Positions 10,542 to 22,903 of a DNA stretch of 64,000 nucleotides are shown here, piece after piece; position 1 is the stretch's first letter; each line of letters opens with the position of its first letter. The stretch is from Callorhinchus milii (lineage: Eukaryota), in assembly GCF_018977255.1 (NCBI RefSeq), contig NW_024704742.1, positions 59,088,001-59,152,000 on the forward strand, read 5' to 3'. The notes below the pieces were generated by a model. That model ran no database searches, was not told where the DNA came from, and saw only the letters and a program-made list of their open reading frames with translations. Position numbers and translations under genes: made by a program.

Positions 10542-12854
10542 CGATACCACATTGAATAAGAAGGAAGTTTCTCCTAGTGTCCTGGCCAATAATCCTCGAA
10601 ACAAAATTTGTCATTCATTAGAATCTGTGCATAACAATAACTTGTATTTATACAGGGCCCTTCATATGGGGTAGAGTCTCAGAGCGCTTTTGAGGGATTT
10701 AACTATGGGGCCACAGTCTTCTATAAGGCTGCCCTTAATGTTCACCAACCAAACTTTTACGTGGGATAACATCTCAGAGTGCTTAACAGTGGCAGAATTT
10801 GATGCAGGATGTCTATGTACCAGCATAATGGAAACTGAGATTTGTTTTTGAGTCGAGATCTATGGTTGGAAAGGGTAGGACAAGGAGTGAAATAAACTAT
10901 GAGCTAATGCTTGAATAAAGTCAAGCTTAGCTTTTAAAACTCAGTATGTTAAAGGGATCAACGAAGGAAAAATGGAATAAGGAGTTTGTGAGCCTGAAGT
11001 GTTTGTTCATGTTTTTGTGAACTTAATGGGATCTTCAAGTTATGGAGAAAGCTCAGTAAAGCTTAAGGTATCTGAACCAGCTTTGATAACTAAACGGTAA
11101 GTTTTGATATAATATCCAACTAGGATGACCCAACCTGGTAGGGGTTTAGTTTATATGATTGAGGACATGTCCACGATAGGTTGCTGATGAGGCAGACAGA
11201 CTGGTTGACAATCAACAATGTCCTAGTTTACTGCACACCTTCAACAGATGTGCTTCCTTTAAATCAGCACAGCTCCAGGTATCCCCCAACCACTCCCAGG
11301 AACATATGGAACATTTGATGGGATGTAGAGAGGTTCTGCAGGGAATATCAGTTACATGAATGAATTTTTCAATGTGCTCTTCCTACCTGAAGCTACTGAG
11401 TTGTTGTCAATTTGTTAAATATAGCCCTCAGTCAAAAATGAAAGGCTTCTCATACAATAACAGAAAGTGCATGAGCCAGAAGAGAATCTGACACATCAGT
11501 TTCCAAGACACAACAACAACAACTTGCACTTATATAGTGCCCTCCTTGCAGGGTAGCATCTCAAAGCTCTTAACCAACAGCACGTTCTGTTCAGAAGGTG
11601 CTTCTCCACTCAAGTTAAATTGTGTTCTAAAATATGGGCTAACCATGTTTAAATGCATAAATGGTGCCTTTAATTATCTAAGTAACCATTGAAATGGATT
11701 ATGGAATCACCTATAATTATTTTCATTGTTTGCTAATTATTAATTAAGGAGATTTGAATGTATTTTAACATGGATTGCCCACGGGTATGAGCCCAATCCG
11801 CATTTTAGACCCCATTGCTTTTGTTCTGTACTTGAAAACTATGCAAAATATCCAGAAGAAATAATGCGTTGAAGTTGAAGTTATAGTGCTTCTGTTTGCG
11901 GTTTACAAGACATGAAATTGGAGACCAGAGATATTTAAGAATATTGAAAAGGAAGAGAGAGAAATCGCCCACCCCCCAGCTATTTTATATTTAACAAACA
12001 AATGCATCCACAAAACACACTTTCACTGCACTTTCAGTATATGCAGTAATATGCAGTAAAGCACTTTGGAACCTACTCTCCACGTGAACGGCTCAACACC
12101 AAATGTAAGGATTATTGCTTTACAAAGCGTGCAACCCTATAACGCTTACCAATAAGATAGCATAGCTACTCTTTGTCAATGTTTTGCAACCAAATGCAAT
12201 TTAGGATGTGTGGATTTTCTGTAGATTACTGAGTGCTGAAGCATGAAGTAAAATGCCAGAAGCATGGTTTGATTGTTGAATCACTGAGATGGGTTTCCGC
12301 TCTTCAGTTTTCCTTTGGGATCATGATTTGACTTCTTGTTGGAGAGACCTGTGAAATGCAGGTCCAGCTTATCAATCAGAGTGATGTGTGTTCAAGTAGA
12401 ATGTTTGTGTTGAAATTGTCAATACCTGATGTGAGCCTGCAGTTGGGGTTCTTGAGCATAATCAAATACTTCTTAATTCAGTGATATGTTGGTTTAGTCT
12501 AATTTGTCTTTAAATATTATTCTTTTGGGCAAAGAGCAAATACTCCTATTAACTTGAGGAACAGTTCCGCAGCTCTTATTTGAGTGTACTTGTGTACTGT
12601 TACACTCACTCAACCTCATACCGCTTATGTCTCAACTGTCAATGTGAAGACTTCATATCACTCCTTTCACCTGTCACTGCTTCTTCATAGTCAGAAGAAC
12701 TCAGTAGCAATAGAGGCATTTTTGTAACATTTCAGTCAGATTAGGACTGATGGAGGTTGACACCTTGTGTGCCACATTGCCTTATCCAATTCAAATTAAA
12801 TCCCAATACAGTGTATACATGCGCACGTAAAGGAATCATTGATATAAAGTGTAC

Positions 12855-13150
12855 ATGGGAGAATGGGGAAAATTTCCACTGGTATGGGAGTCAGTGATGT
12901 GGGCACATAGATTTAAGATAGTCACAAGAAGATTAAAAGGGGAGCTCAGGACAATGTATTCCATACAGTAAGGTATTAGAGAGAGAGCCCGTTGTGGGTT
13001 TCAAAAAGAAAATAGAGAGGTGTATGAAAGTCCTCTCCACTTTCATTGAAGGACTATGGGGATACAGGGCAGTGTGTTTGAAAGCATAGCTTGCTCTGAG
13101 AGCCGGTGGAGACTTGAGGTGGGTGGAATGCCCTTCATGTACATTACTTT
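12855..13150 (+). mobile_element. CR1 3' fragment
   Basis: TTTCCACTGGT...GGGCACATAGATTTAAGATA...GGATACAGGGCAG; colinear with 39090-39400. Confidence 0.6.
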
Positions 13151-13239
13151 CTGCTACATTTGTTGCATGTTATACCATCCAGTTCTCAATGTTCTTTGCA
13201 AGCTAACAGTAGCTCAGAAGTTTTTAAATATTGATTTTT

Positions 13240-13886
13240 CTCCACGCTTTTGTCACCTGCTGCTTTGACTTTTCACATGCACTCTTAGCTGATTTTCCAC
13301 TTTTACCATCGACAAAGATCCAGCTCATACCGAACTCCGCCACATATATCCTCACCCCCACCAACCTCTGTACATCCATCACACCAATCCTCACAAAGTT
13401 CCACTGGCTCCGTCTCTGAACAGATCGACTTTTATATCCTCACCCTCAAATATAAATCCCTTCATTTCTTAGCACCTCTCCAGCTTCCTGATCTGCTCAC
13501 ACCCTGCTCCTCTCCGTTTCCACTCTGCTCTACTAACACAGGTCTGCTGCACGTCCCCCACCCCTTCCACACCTACATCAAAAAAAACAATAATTAAATT
13601 GGTCATTTTCAATCTACGACTGTTTGTGGGACATTGCTGTGCGCAATTGGCTGCCGCGTTCGCCCACAAATATACAGTCAATTCACTTTACAGTGTGTTC
13701 TGTGAAGCGCTTTGGGACGTCCTCCCGACGTGAAAAGCGCTATATCAAATGCAAGGATTATTATTATTATTACCTCTTTGTCCACGCAGAAGGATGCCTC
13801 TCCCCTCTCCCTTTTCCCTTCTCCCTTTCTTGGTATCCAAACCTATATGAAAGGGCTATATGAATGGGCGTTGTTGTTATTGTTGG
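13240..13886 (+). mobile_element. Degenerate L2 3' fragment interrupted by a young SINE
   Basis: Translates as HAFVT...IQLIPNSA...ITPILTKFHWL (L2 C-terminal motifs) and ends in TTG repeats. Confidence 0.75.
13576..13771 (+). mobile_element. Young 5'-truncated SINE (Deu tail)
   Basis: CpG-intact; 3' ~115 bp identical by eye to 26230-26346 (minus) and nearly identical to 15170-15350; (ATT)n tail. Confidence 0.88.
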
Positions 13887-14194
13887 CATGAATCTTTTAA
13901 TCTTCTCATATTTCCAATAGCTGCTCAAATGATAATATCAACAATCAAAGCTTCAATTTTACCATCTGTTCCTCTTATAACTTTGAACAGTAGCAGTTGG
14001 TTTGACAATGCAGCAATGTAATCCTGGCAACAAAGTTGATAACGTGGAATTTGTTGTTTCAAACAGCAGTTTCAGCTGAAATACTAATCAACTAGGAACT
14101 TGTTTTCAATCCCCTATTAAAATATGTTATTGGCATCAATATTCAGTTTTTGGGTCATTCAGACTAGAGTGATTTATATTAAGGTCATCTGATC

Positions 14195-14490
14195 AGGTAG
14201 TCTAAATAGCAGGAAAGCTTGCCTGGCAGTGCAACCTATGCGGTTTTAGTTGGTTAGACTCCAGGAGACCCACAAAGCATGTTCTAGGCTTTTGCCAAAC
14301 TGCGACTAATAATTCTGGAATTAGGTAAGCAGGATGTATCCCTCCAGGGAGAGACTGTGCATTCCATTCCAACAAACCTCTCTGGGATTTCTATGTATGG
14401 GCGAGATACATAGAATTCTAAGTCTGTTTGGCTACTCTTAAGCATGGGTTTCTGTATGTGTCAGAGACCTGGCTGACCAAAAACACAAGT
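14195..14490. repeat. Unclassified dispersed repeat, copy 1
   Basis: Reverse complement aligns with 20730-21005 (shared CTGGAGTCTAACCA.CTAAAACCGCA, GAAATCCCAGAGA, CTGACACAT, TTTTGGTCAG). Confidence 0.75.
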
Positions 14491-15059
14491 TAGTCTATGC
14501 CCTGTCATCATTTTGGAAAATCTGCAAATTTTTTCTGAGAACAATTAATATTTTTTTCCTGAATCCTCACCCATATACATGGTGCACAATTGTTGTCTGT
14601 GTACACTTGCAACCATCACTGGTTTCCAATTTTTCAGCAAGTTTACCCCTTCTCTTGAATTCTTCCAAAATGCCTTTGCCTTTTTGTCCTGTTGTCAAAC
14701 CCTTCCTCTTTTACTATGTCTTCGGTCAACGTCCTCAAAACCTCACTCGTCTTCCCACCCTGCTTGGTGATTTACATCATCTTCATAAATCACTTCGAGT
14801 CTTTCTCTTAAACACATTCCACAAGGGCAAGTTGCTGTGAAACTTGTTGTTGCTGTTCAGAATGTAATGATTTCTCACTCTAGTTTCTCCATAAAATTTA
14901 CAAAGGCTATTAGCAGAAGGCTGAGAGCAGTTTGTCTTCCTAGTTGCTCAGGTGAAGTTTTTTTATTTATCAATTTCACTGAAACATCTGAATGAATAGC
15001 CAAGACTCACAGTGCCAGGCTCCAAGAAGCTGTTAAAGAACAAGATAGAGAGCCAGATA

Positions 15060-15353
15060 ATCAAAGCGAGAGACCTGAGTTCAATTCCAGGCAGGGCGAA
15101 ACCTTGGGCAAGTTTCCTTACTCCACACAGAGCCTAATAGTAATCCCTCCAAAAAACCAAAAACAATAATAAATTGGTCATTTTCAATCTACGACTGTTT
15201 GTGGGACATTGCTGTGTGCAATTGGCTGCTGCGTTCGCCCACAAATATACAATCAATTCACTTTACAGTGTATTTTGTGAAGCGCTTTGGGACGTCCTCC
15301 CGACGTGAAAAGCGCTATATCAAATGCAAGGATTATTATTATTGTTATTATTA
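15060..15353 (+). mobile_element. tRNA(Ala-like)-head SINE with Deu-type tail, young short variant
   Basis: B box GAGTTCAATTCC, GGGCAAGTTTCCTTACTCCACAC body, young tail GGGACGTCCTCCCGACGTGAAAAGCGC, (ATT)n. Confidence 0.85.
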
Positions 15354-16109
15354 TAAAGAACAATGCTTAGGTGAAGATTGAAGGAGCAGAGAGAGCACAA
15401 GAAGATCTGGCAACCTTCAGAACTGGAAACTGGACTAAGCAAACTGATGTAGGAAAACAGGCAGAATGTAAGCGTTCTGAACATCAAGCCTGCCAAATCT
15501 CATTTGCCGCATGAGACTGTTTAAATATTTAACCTGTTTCTGTGTGCATCAATCTTTACAAACAGTTCCAATTCTTAATTTATACTAATGGGTATTTAGT
15601 CTGGCTTGCATTTCGTCATGAAACCTTACTCCTATAGCATAGAGGTTGCCAGTTGTTTTACCTCCAACAGAACTGAACAGTTGCCAAAGTTGAGTTAAAG
15701 AAGACAAAAAGGAAGGAAAAACAATATCTGGGGATTTGGTGGCAAGGCAGGTTAGAACCTTGATTTTTCTTTGCCGTAACTAGATTAAATTGGGCCTGGT
15801 CTCAAGGAAATAAACAGTTCGTTTCTGATTTGGTAAAATGAGTTTGGGAAGTTTCAATGCAGTTCTGAGTGGTAGGAGGAAAAAGGAGGCAACTGCCTAA
15901 CCCAGCAATTGCCATTAAATAATCAAGTCTCGATTGGAAGCTCCATATGAATGGCTGGGGAAGGAAATTAAATGTCTTATTGGTGAAATACATAACGATC
16001 TTCTGAAGTTTGAATTAGGGGGTAGTGCAGAGGCAGTTATACACTGCACAGCCCATGTTTGTAATGATGAGGAATTCCCCAAAGCTGGCATTGGTTGTTG
16101 AGCATATAT

Positions 16110-16645
16110 AATAATAATAATCCTTGCATTTGATATGGAGTCTTATCACACGTTCGAGGCATCTCAGAGCATTTCACGGAATGCACTGTGAAGTGTAATG
16201 ACTGTGCATTTTGTGAGTGAAGCAGCAGCCAATTTGCACACAGCAATATCTCACAAACAACCATGGAGTTAACGACAAATTTTATTTCGGAGATTGTTGG
16301 CCAGAAAACTGAAAGGAATAACATTCTTTTTTGAATAGTGCCATTAACTTCCACCTGACAAAGCAGATGGGACCATAGTTTAATAACTTATCCGAGGGGC
16401 AGCACCTCTGACAATGCAGCACATCCCCAGCACCGCATCTGAGTATATTAACACTTGGTATAGGCTCACACACACTTTAGAGTAGAGTGTAATTAACTCT
16501 CTCCAACCTCTTGATTTTTTAAGTTTAGTTCTTCAAGAAAAGATGTGATCTCAGCACTAAAAATACAACGTCCCAACATGGGGTATGAATCCACAATCCT
16601 CTGACCAAGGGATGGGAATGCTGCCAATTGAGCCAGTCTGACATC
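16110..16645 (-). mobile_element. DeuSINE-like SINE, with ~100-bp insertion near head
   Basis: Tail, Deu domain (CCACCTGACAAAGCAGATGGGACC..GCACCTCTGACAATGCAGCAC) and head (GAATCCACAATCCTCTGAC..TTGAGCCAGTCTGACA). Confidence 0.75.
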
Positions 16646-16815
16646 TACCAGCAAGTATGACAGTCTTTCAACATGACTTCGAGAAGATTTTACAATATTA
16701 CCAATTTATGCGGTAAAATTATTGTGGGTTTTGCCCACAAAATACATAGCCAATTCACTTTACAGTATATTCTGTAAAGTACGTTGAGACATCTCAACTA
16801 TGTGATAAGGCACTA

Positions 16816-17480
16816 CAACAACAATAACTTGCATTTATATAGTGCCGGGTCGCGTCCAGGAGCGTTTAATAGTGGCGGCACCTGACCCCGAGCCAACGGA
16901 GAGGGGAGGTGACCGTAAGCATGATCAAAAAGGAAGGCCTTTAGACGGCATTTGAAAGTGCTGGAGAGGGGGCAAGGCAGAGGGATTGGGGGAGAGGAGT
17001 CCAGAGCTTTGTGGTGTAGTGACCGAAAGCATGGCCACCGATGGAGGAGCGGAGGGGCGAGCGGAGGCAGCGGGTTGTTGATGGGGGATGAGCAAATTGG
17101 AAAGGTAGGCAGATTCGAGAGTATAAAGGGATTTGAAAATGAGAGAAACGATCTTGCAGACGATGACTTTCGGACATTGGGAGCTAGTGCAGCCTGGCAA
17201 GAACTGGTGTGATGGGGGTCAGGAGTTTTGTGCGGGTTGAGTTTTGTATCCAGTTGGTGGAGCTCTGAATTAATTGTATTTTATGTACGGTGGAACTGGG
17301 GAGGCCAGTGAGGAGAGTATTTGAAAAGTCCAGCTGGAAAGTGACAAAGGCAAAGGAAAGTGACTAGGTTGTGGCAGCTGTGGGTGTGAGCTACGGATGG
17401 AGGCGGGCAATCTGGACTCTGGTGGAGAAAAGTGGTCTTGATCAAGGAACGGATGTGTGGGAGGAAGAAAAGCGGTGGAT
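16816..17480 (-). mobile_element. Older L2 3' fragment (different subfamily)
   Basis: (CAA)n tail; minus-strand translation includes CKIVSLIFKSL..AYLSNLL and SIGGHAFGHYTTKLW. Confidence 0.75.
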
Positions 17481-17489
17481 CAAACTATT

Positions 17490-18066
17490 ATTAAAATAAT
17501 AATAAAAAAACTCACGTTTGATATAAAAAGGATATCTCAAAGCGCTTCATAGTATTTATTGTAATATCTCGCAATTTTGCAAGCGAAACGTGGCAGCCAA
17601 TCTATGCGCAGCCATTTCCCACAAACAGTCATGAATTAAGTGACCAATTTTATTTGGCAAAATGTGTCAATCCTGGTCATATTCTGCCAGATAAAATAAT
17701 AGAAATTCCATTCTCTTCAAATAAAATAATAATAATAATAATAATAATAATTTGGTCACTTAATCCATGACTGTTTGTGGATTAAATGACCACTTTACAA
17801 TATATTCTATGAAGTGCGTTGAGACGTCTCAAAGACATGTAATGAGGTGCTATATCAAATGCGAGTATTATTATTATAATTATAAATGGTGCAAAGGAAT
17901 CTTTAACACACAGCTGAACAGGCAAATGGGACCTTGGTTTAACATTTCATTTGATGGACAGCATCACCAAGAATACATCACTATCCCCACTGCACTGGAG
18001 TGTCAATCTAGACTATATGAGTTCAAAATTCCGACACGGGGCTTGAACCCACTACCTTCTGACTCG
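17490..18066 (-). mobile_element. DeuSINE-like SINE with nested antisense SINE tail (~17722-17880, +)
   Basis: Minus SINE breaks at TTCAAATA (~17722) and resumes at ~17885 after a plus-strand tail ending in (ATT)n. Confidence 0.7.
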
Positions 18067-18185
18067 TAATACAGAAGAGACAGAAATAATAAGACCTAAA
18101 AGAAATTAACTGCAGTATATAAAAAAGGAAAGAATAGTTTCACACAGTAAATGTTCAACTTTGAAACTTCAAACGACTGTACAGT

Positions 18186-18316
18186 GGAGTCCTGTAGCTT
18201 GTGGTTAGAGCACTCGCCTCACAAACGAGAGGACCTGAGTTTGATTTCGGGGCTGGGTGAAATGTTGGGCAAGTTTCCTTACTCCACATGCCTCTGTTTA
18301 CCTAGCAGTAAGTAGG
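18186..18316 (+). mobile_element. tRNA-derived SINE head (Ala/Val-like family)
   Basis: GGAGTCCTGTAGCTTGTGGTTAGAGCACTCGCCTCACAAACGAGAGGACCTGAGTTTGATTTC with A and B boxes, running into SINE body rather than a tRNA acceptor stem. Confidence 0.8.
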
Positions 18317-18337
18317 ATTAGTATATTATTATCAATG

Positions 18338-18455
18338 GCAATGTAAGTGGTCTTAGCTGGTTACACTCCAGCAGTACCTCAGCACACACTCTGGGGTCCC
18401 CAAGCATTGAATCTTGCCAACCTGCGCATAATACATTCCAGAATTAAGTAAGCAG
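18338..18455. repeat. Unclassified dispersed repeat, copy 2 (fragment)
   Basis: Reverse complement aligns with 20846-20963 (GACCCCAG..TGTGTGCT..TACTGCTGGAGT.TAACCAGCTAA). Confidence 0.75.
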
Positions 18456-20729
18456 TTATTATTATTATTATATACATATTATATTCAGTAAGTGTCGAGA
18501 TTGGTGGAGTTAGGAGTTCCTACTGGGAAAAGGAATTATGAGGGGTATGGGCCAAGCTTTTCCATTGTTTAACAACGAAACTGCCTCTGCCTGGGACACA
18601 AGTTGTTTAAAAAAACAGGCGCGACAGATGTTAATATCACTTCAATTCAGACTTGTCCACGCAGCCTGATATAAAGCAATCGTTCTCAGTTGTCTGTATA
18701 GCAATTAATTAGAAAAAAGTTGTTGAATAGTTATAAAGAGATCCTGAGCTCTGACTGAGAGACAGCATGAGGCTCATTATTTAATAATGTGGCTGCACTC
18801 CATGTGCTAAGAGAAAGAACTGAAGCAGAGTGACATTCAGGAACTCCTCTGGGAAATAACAGTTGCTGATCACAGGATGTTTGTGGCAAATGTAAGAAAC
18901 ATTTCACTTCTTGATAGAACAAGTCCAACAGTGGTGTGGTGGAAGTATTTCTCCTTGGATGTCACCTAAATATTTTAGTGAGAGAACTGGATCACGATCA
19001 GTCGACCCTACTGCAGACTTCCTTTCACAATTGCAGTACAATATAGGCAGTGAAGCATGGTGATTAGTCAATGTGTTCTGCAGGGTGCAACTTTTATACT
19101 GCCTCACACAAAGTAGTTTCATAATAATTTTAATAATTCTTTCATTTGGTATAGCTCCGTTCACGTTGGGAGGACATCTCAAAATGCTTCATAGGATATG
19201 CTGTAAAGTTGAGTGACTGTGTGTTTTGTGGGCAAATTAATTTTATCAATAACAACATGCACTTATAAGGCATCCTTCATGTAGGATAACGTTTGATCAT
19301 TAAATAATGAGCATTGTCGGGGGGTGGAGGGTTGGACTGTAGGCGTGATCATACAGGTAGTTTTTCAGGTGGTGATGGTGAGGAAGCACAGTTGACCTGA
19401 GTTTGCCGAGAGGAGGAGGCAAGCAGAAGAGTAGAATAGGAGAACATCAGAGTAATAGGATGGTGCTAAGGCGAAGAAGGTTGAAATAGATACAGTAGTC
19501 AGAGAGGGGGATTGCACATTTTATAATTTATGAATATTTTCACATTAAATCTATTACAAAAGGTTGCATTATTTGCCCAATAGTCTTTCCTTCCTCATTT
19601 CATTTTGCCTTACTTTTCTCCTTTCTTTTCCCTTTCTCCTTTCCTTCTATTCCTTCCTTCCTCCCTCTTCCTCCGTGCAAAGCTGATCTCAAATTGAGAG
19701 TGCAGTCATCAGACATTCTTAAAGCAGCCACAAGCGCTCTCCACAAGATGAGAAATCATACAGTGTTTTGGTGCTTCGTCTGCTGCTCCATGTATTGACA
19801 TAAGATAATAGAACTTTACAATACTAAAGACCATTCGACTCATCATACATGGCTAGAAAAGACTGTGGTCCATCCGGCTGATCTCAAATAATCCAACACA
19901 CATTGACAACTAAGTGCTCGCCCCTCCAGCTCTTCAGTGGACTGTTCTCTGTGGAGAGACAGACGGAAGCTAGCAGGGAAAGAAAATCAATTGGAGTGTG
20001 TTGTGAGGTCACCTGGACACCTGCTTGACTCGGCAAGAGTGTTCGGCAATGATAGAGAAAAGAGGATTGTAATAAAGGAAGTGCAGCTGTGCCTCTGTGC
20101 TAAATAAATTAGATATGGGTAAGACAAGAAAACAACACGTCAAGTGATGTCCGGAATCTAATATCTAAATATAGAAGTCATGAAAGTCTAATATTTCACG
20201 CTCAGTATTTTAATCGAAGGGTAATTATTTTGTGTTATGGTTCTATTGAAAATTTATTATTTTAATCAATTTTTTTCAGCGTTGCTAAAATTTCAGCATT
20301 TTCTCTTTTTGAAATTTTTAGCATGTGTTAATTTAGCTCCCATGAGAGATTACCTAAGGTGGGAGAGATGATAATGGTGCAAATTCTACACGGTCTGTTG
20401 GGAAGGCACTGCTTTGATGGGACAAAAGGCTTTTTCCTGCTGCCTTACTTTGGATAGGTTAGGGCTATTCGTTCACTGGAGAAGAAACATTTATAGAGGT
20501 GTTTAACATTATAGAAGGGCTCAATAAGGTTACCATCAGTTCACTCCAATGTAATTTGTGTAGGAGAGGGTAGAGAGAGAGGAGTCCACCTCCAGCACAC
20601 ACAGTCCAGTCGACCTTATAAGATTGCTTGATTCAATACTTTTGTGAATTCGCACCAAGCAGCATTTATTATTTTTCTCAGCAGATTCAATGTTTACACT
20701 TTGGTTTAAAAAAAATTGTATGTGATCAT

Positions 20730-21010
20730 TTTTATTTTGGTCAGTTTGGTGCCTGACACATGTAGAAACCAATCAGCTTGCTTAAGAATTCCATGCATCC
20801 CACCTACACATGGAAATCCCAGAGATAGATTGTTCTCACACTCTTCTGTTTACCTGATTCCGGAAAGTATTAGGTGCAGGTTGATAAAAGCCAAGATTTG
20901 GAGACCCCAGTGTGTGCTTGGGATACTGCTGGAGTCTAACCAGCTAAAACCGCACTGCTTGCAATTCAGAACACTGTCTGGCAAGTTTCCCCATTGCTTG
21001 TCCAGCTAGA
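20730..21010. repeat. Unclassified dispersed repeat, copy 3 (may extend through GC-rich 21010-21260)
   Basis: Aligns with 14195-14490 and 18338-18455 (inverted) and with 37135-37250 and 58070-58142 (direct). Confidence 0.75.
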
Positions 21011-21574
21011 ACCACCTTACCCAACAGGGCATTGGCTTGCAGGGTTAACAGGAGCTGAGCGGGAGGATTCCCTGCCCCCATTCCAAGTCCTGCTGTTGAG
21101 CCAGGCTGCTTGTACTGTCATCAGCAGTGCCCTGGAATACTGTGGACTCGCCTGGCTCAGGAACTGGACTATCGAGATCACCACAGAGGGCTGGCTTAAT
21201 TCTGACATTCCTGCTATTTCAGCTCCAAAGAGACCCCGCTTACCTCACCCCCAAGGAGTATATGGAGTGCAATAACATAAGTGTAACTTAACACGATAAT
21301 CTATGGTATTCAGTGTCAAACCAACAGTGTAGGATACTGCAAACAAAACATGATGTGATGAAATGACAGACACCTGTGTGTTTACTGCAAGAGTTTCATT
21401 TAAATTAAGTGAACCCATATATCTCTTCATCCAATTAAAAAGTATTTACATTTCTTTATCTGTTTATATATCCATCTCTGTTTGATATTATTGGGTGTTG
21501 CCAAACATCAACTCAGTCATTTTGAAACAACTCAAATTCATTGATTACACTTTGTGAGAAAAAACACAGCAGAT

Positions 21575-22060
21575 TGAAAATACAGAAAGAGGCCAATCAA
21601 AGCCCATGTTTGTGCTTGTCTTAGCTCCCCAACTGGAGCGATCAAATCTATTTTCATTCCCCTCCCTCAACTGTACCCATATTATTTCTCTTCAAGTATT
21701 TATCAAATTATATCTAATTTAATTAATCTAAGAACTCTGAGACATTCTTCTGACATGAAAGGTGCTACGTAATGATCCTTAATAATAATAATTCTTGCAT
21801 TTGATATAGCGCATTATCACATGGTTGAGACGTCTCAAAGTGCTTCACAGAATATTCTGAAAAATGTGAATTGGCTATATATTTTGTGGGCGAATGAAAT
21901 TGTAAATTGTATTATTTCGGCTGCAATTTTATCAGTCTTTTGCATAAGGCATTCTATATTCTAACAACCCTCTGTGCAATAAAATGTGTCCACCACTTTT
22001 CTCTTCTGGTGATTAATTTCAATTTATACCCTCTTGTTATGCAAACAGAAATGCAAATGT
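21575..22060 (-). mobile_element. Degenerate CR1 3' fragment with nested SINE tails
   Basis: CAGAAAGAGGCCAATCAAAGCCCATG...CTTCAAGTATTTATC...ATTCTAACAACCCTCTGTGCAATAAAA; SINE tails at ~21725-21895. Confidence 0.55.
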
Positions 22061-22719
22061 GCCCTCTGCATCGCCAAAGCTTCTGTTGATGTGTGGCTGT
22101 GTGGGCAGGTGGAGGATGCAGTTTGCATGGAGTCACATTAACAAGCTGTTGACTGAGCCTTGGTGGGGTTGAAGCTTCACTTCCAATTTGTTTCAGAGCT
22201 GTTATACTGCTTATAATAACACAATAGATTGAGGAATTCATTGTAAATTAGGATGCTGCGTTAAATGTGTATACACAGTATAGTTTTAAGTTTGTGGCAT
22301 ATATTTTATACAGTATATATATATATATATGCCACAAACTATGCTTTCAACCCTCCTGATCCAATCCTCAGCTCAGGTGCACATCCAATGCTTTGGGATG
22401 TCCTCTCGACATGAAAGGCACGATACAAATGTAATTTGTTGTTATATATGCAGTAACCCCTGCATTATCTACCAGTCCAAAGGATGATTCATGTCAGGAA
22501 TTGTGTGGAAAATACTTCAATGCACATTTCATTATTATAGCACGTTACACATCAAGTTGTGGGGCAAAGTATCAGGTTGAGCTGTTATGCTGGAGCCAGC
22601 AAACTGACCACCACATCAGAAGGGTCTCAATGGAGCCAGCAGAGTTAAAGCAGATCAATGGTAACAATGCAGGGGAGTCATATGAAGCAGAAATAATAAC
22701 TATAACAATAATAATATAT

Positions 22720-22903
22720 ATTCACCCACAAATATACAGTCAATTCACTTTGCAGTCTATTCTGTGAAGTGCTCTGAGATGTCGAGAAGACGTGAAAAGC
22801 GCTATATCAAATGCAAGGATTATTATTATTATAATAATAACAATAATCCTTGCATTTGATATAGCGCTTTTCATGTCTTCGAGACGTCTCAAAGCGCTTC
22901 ACA
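22720..22903. mobile_element. Two SINE tails in tail-to-tail inverted arrangement
   Basis: Plus tail ends in (ATT)n at ~22830, directly followed by (AAT)n and a minus tail. Confidence 0.88.

Noticed and set aside
11622..11815. MITE with TIRs (TCTAAAAT..GGGCT / AGCCC..ATTTTAGA); similar GGGC..GAAATT starts at ~31941 and ~57986
   Set aside because: The inverted matches are too short and degenerate to support by eye.
13624..13863. Recurring small ORFs of the type MWDIAVRNWL...YIKCKDYYYY (also 15199, 26212, 39575, 54026)
   Set aside because: Translations of the SINE tail and (ATT)n repeat, not a peptide family.
18186..18260. tRNA gene (also 31249 and 39409)
   Set aside because: A and B boxes are present, but there is no 3' acceptor stem and the sequence continues into SINE body.
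20994..21275. Coding exon in a GC-rich stretch with a minus-strand GTAAGG donor
   Set aside because: No recognisable peptide or good acceptor, and it adjoins an unclassified repeat of which it is probably part.
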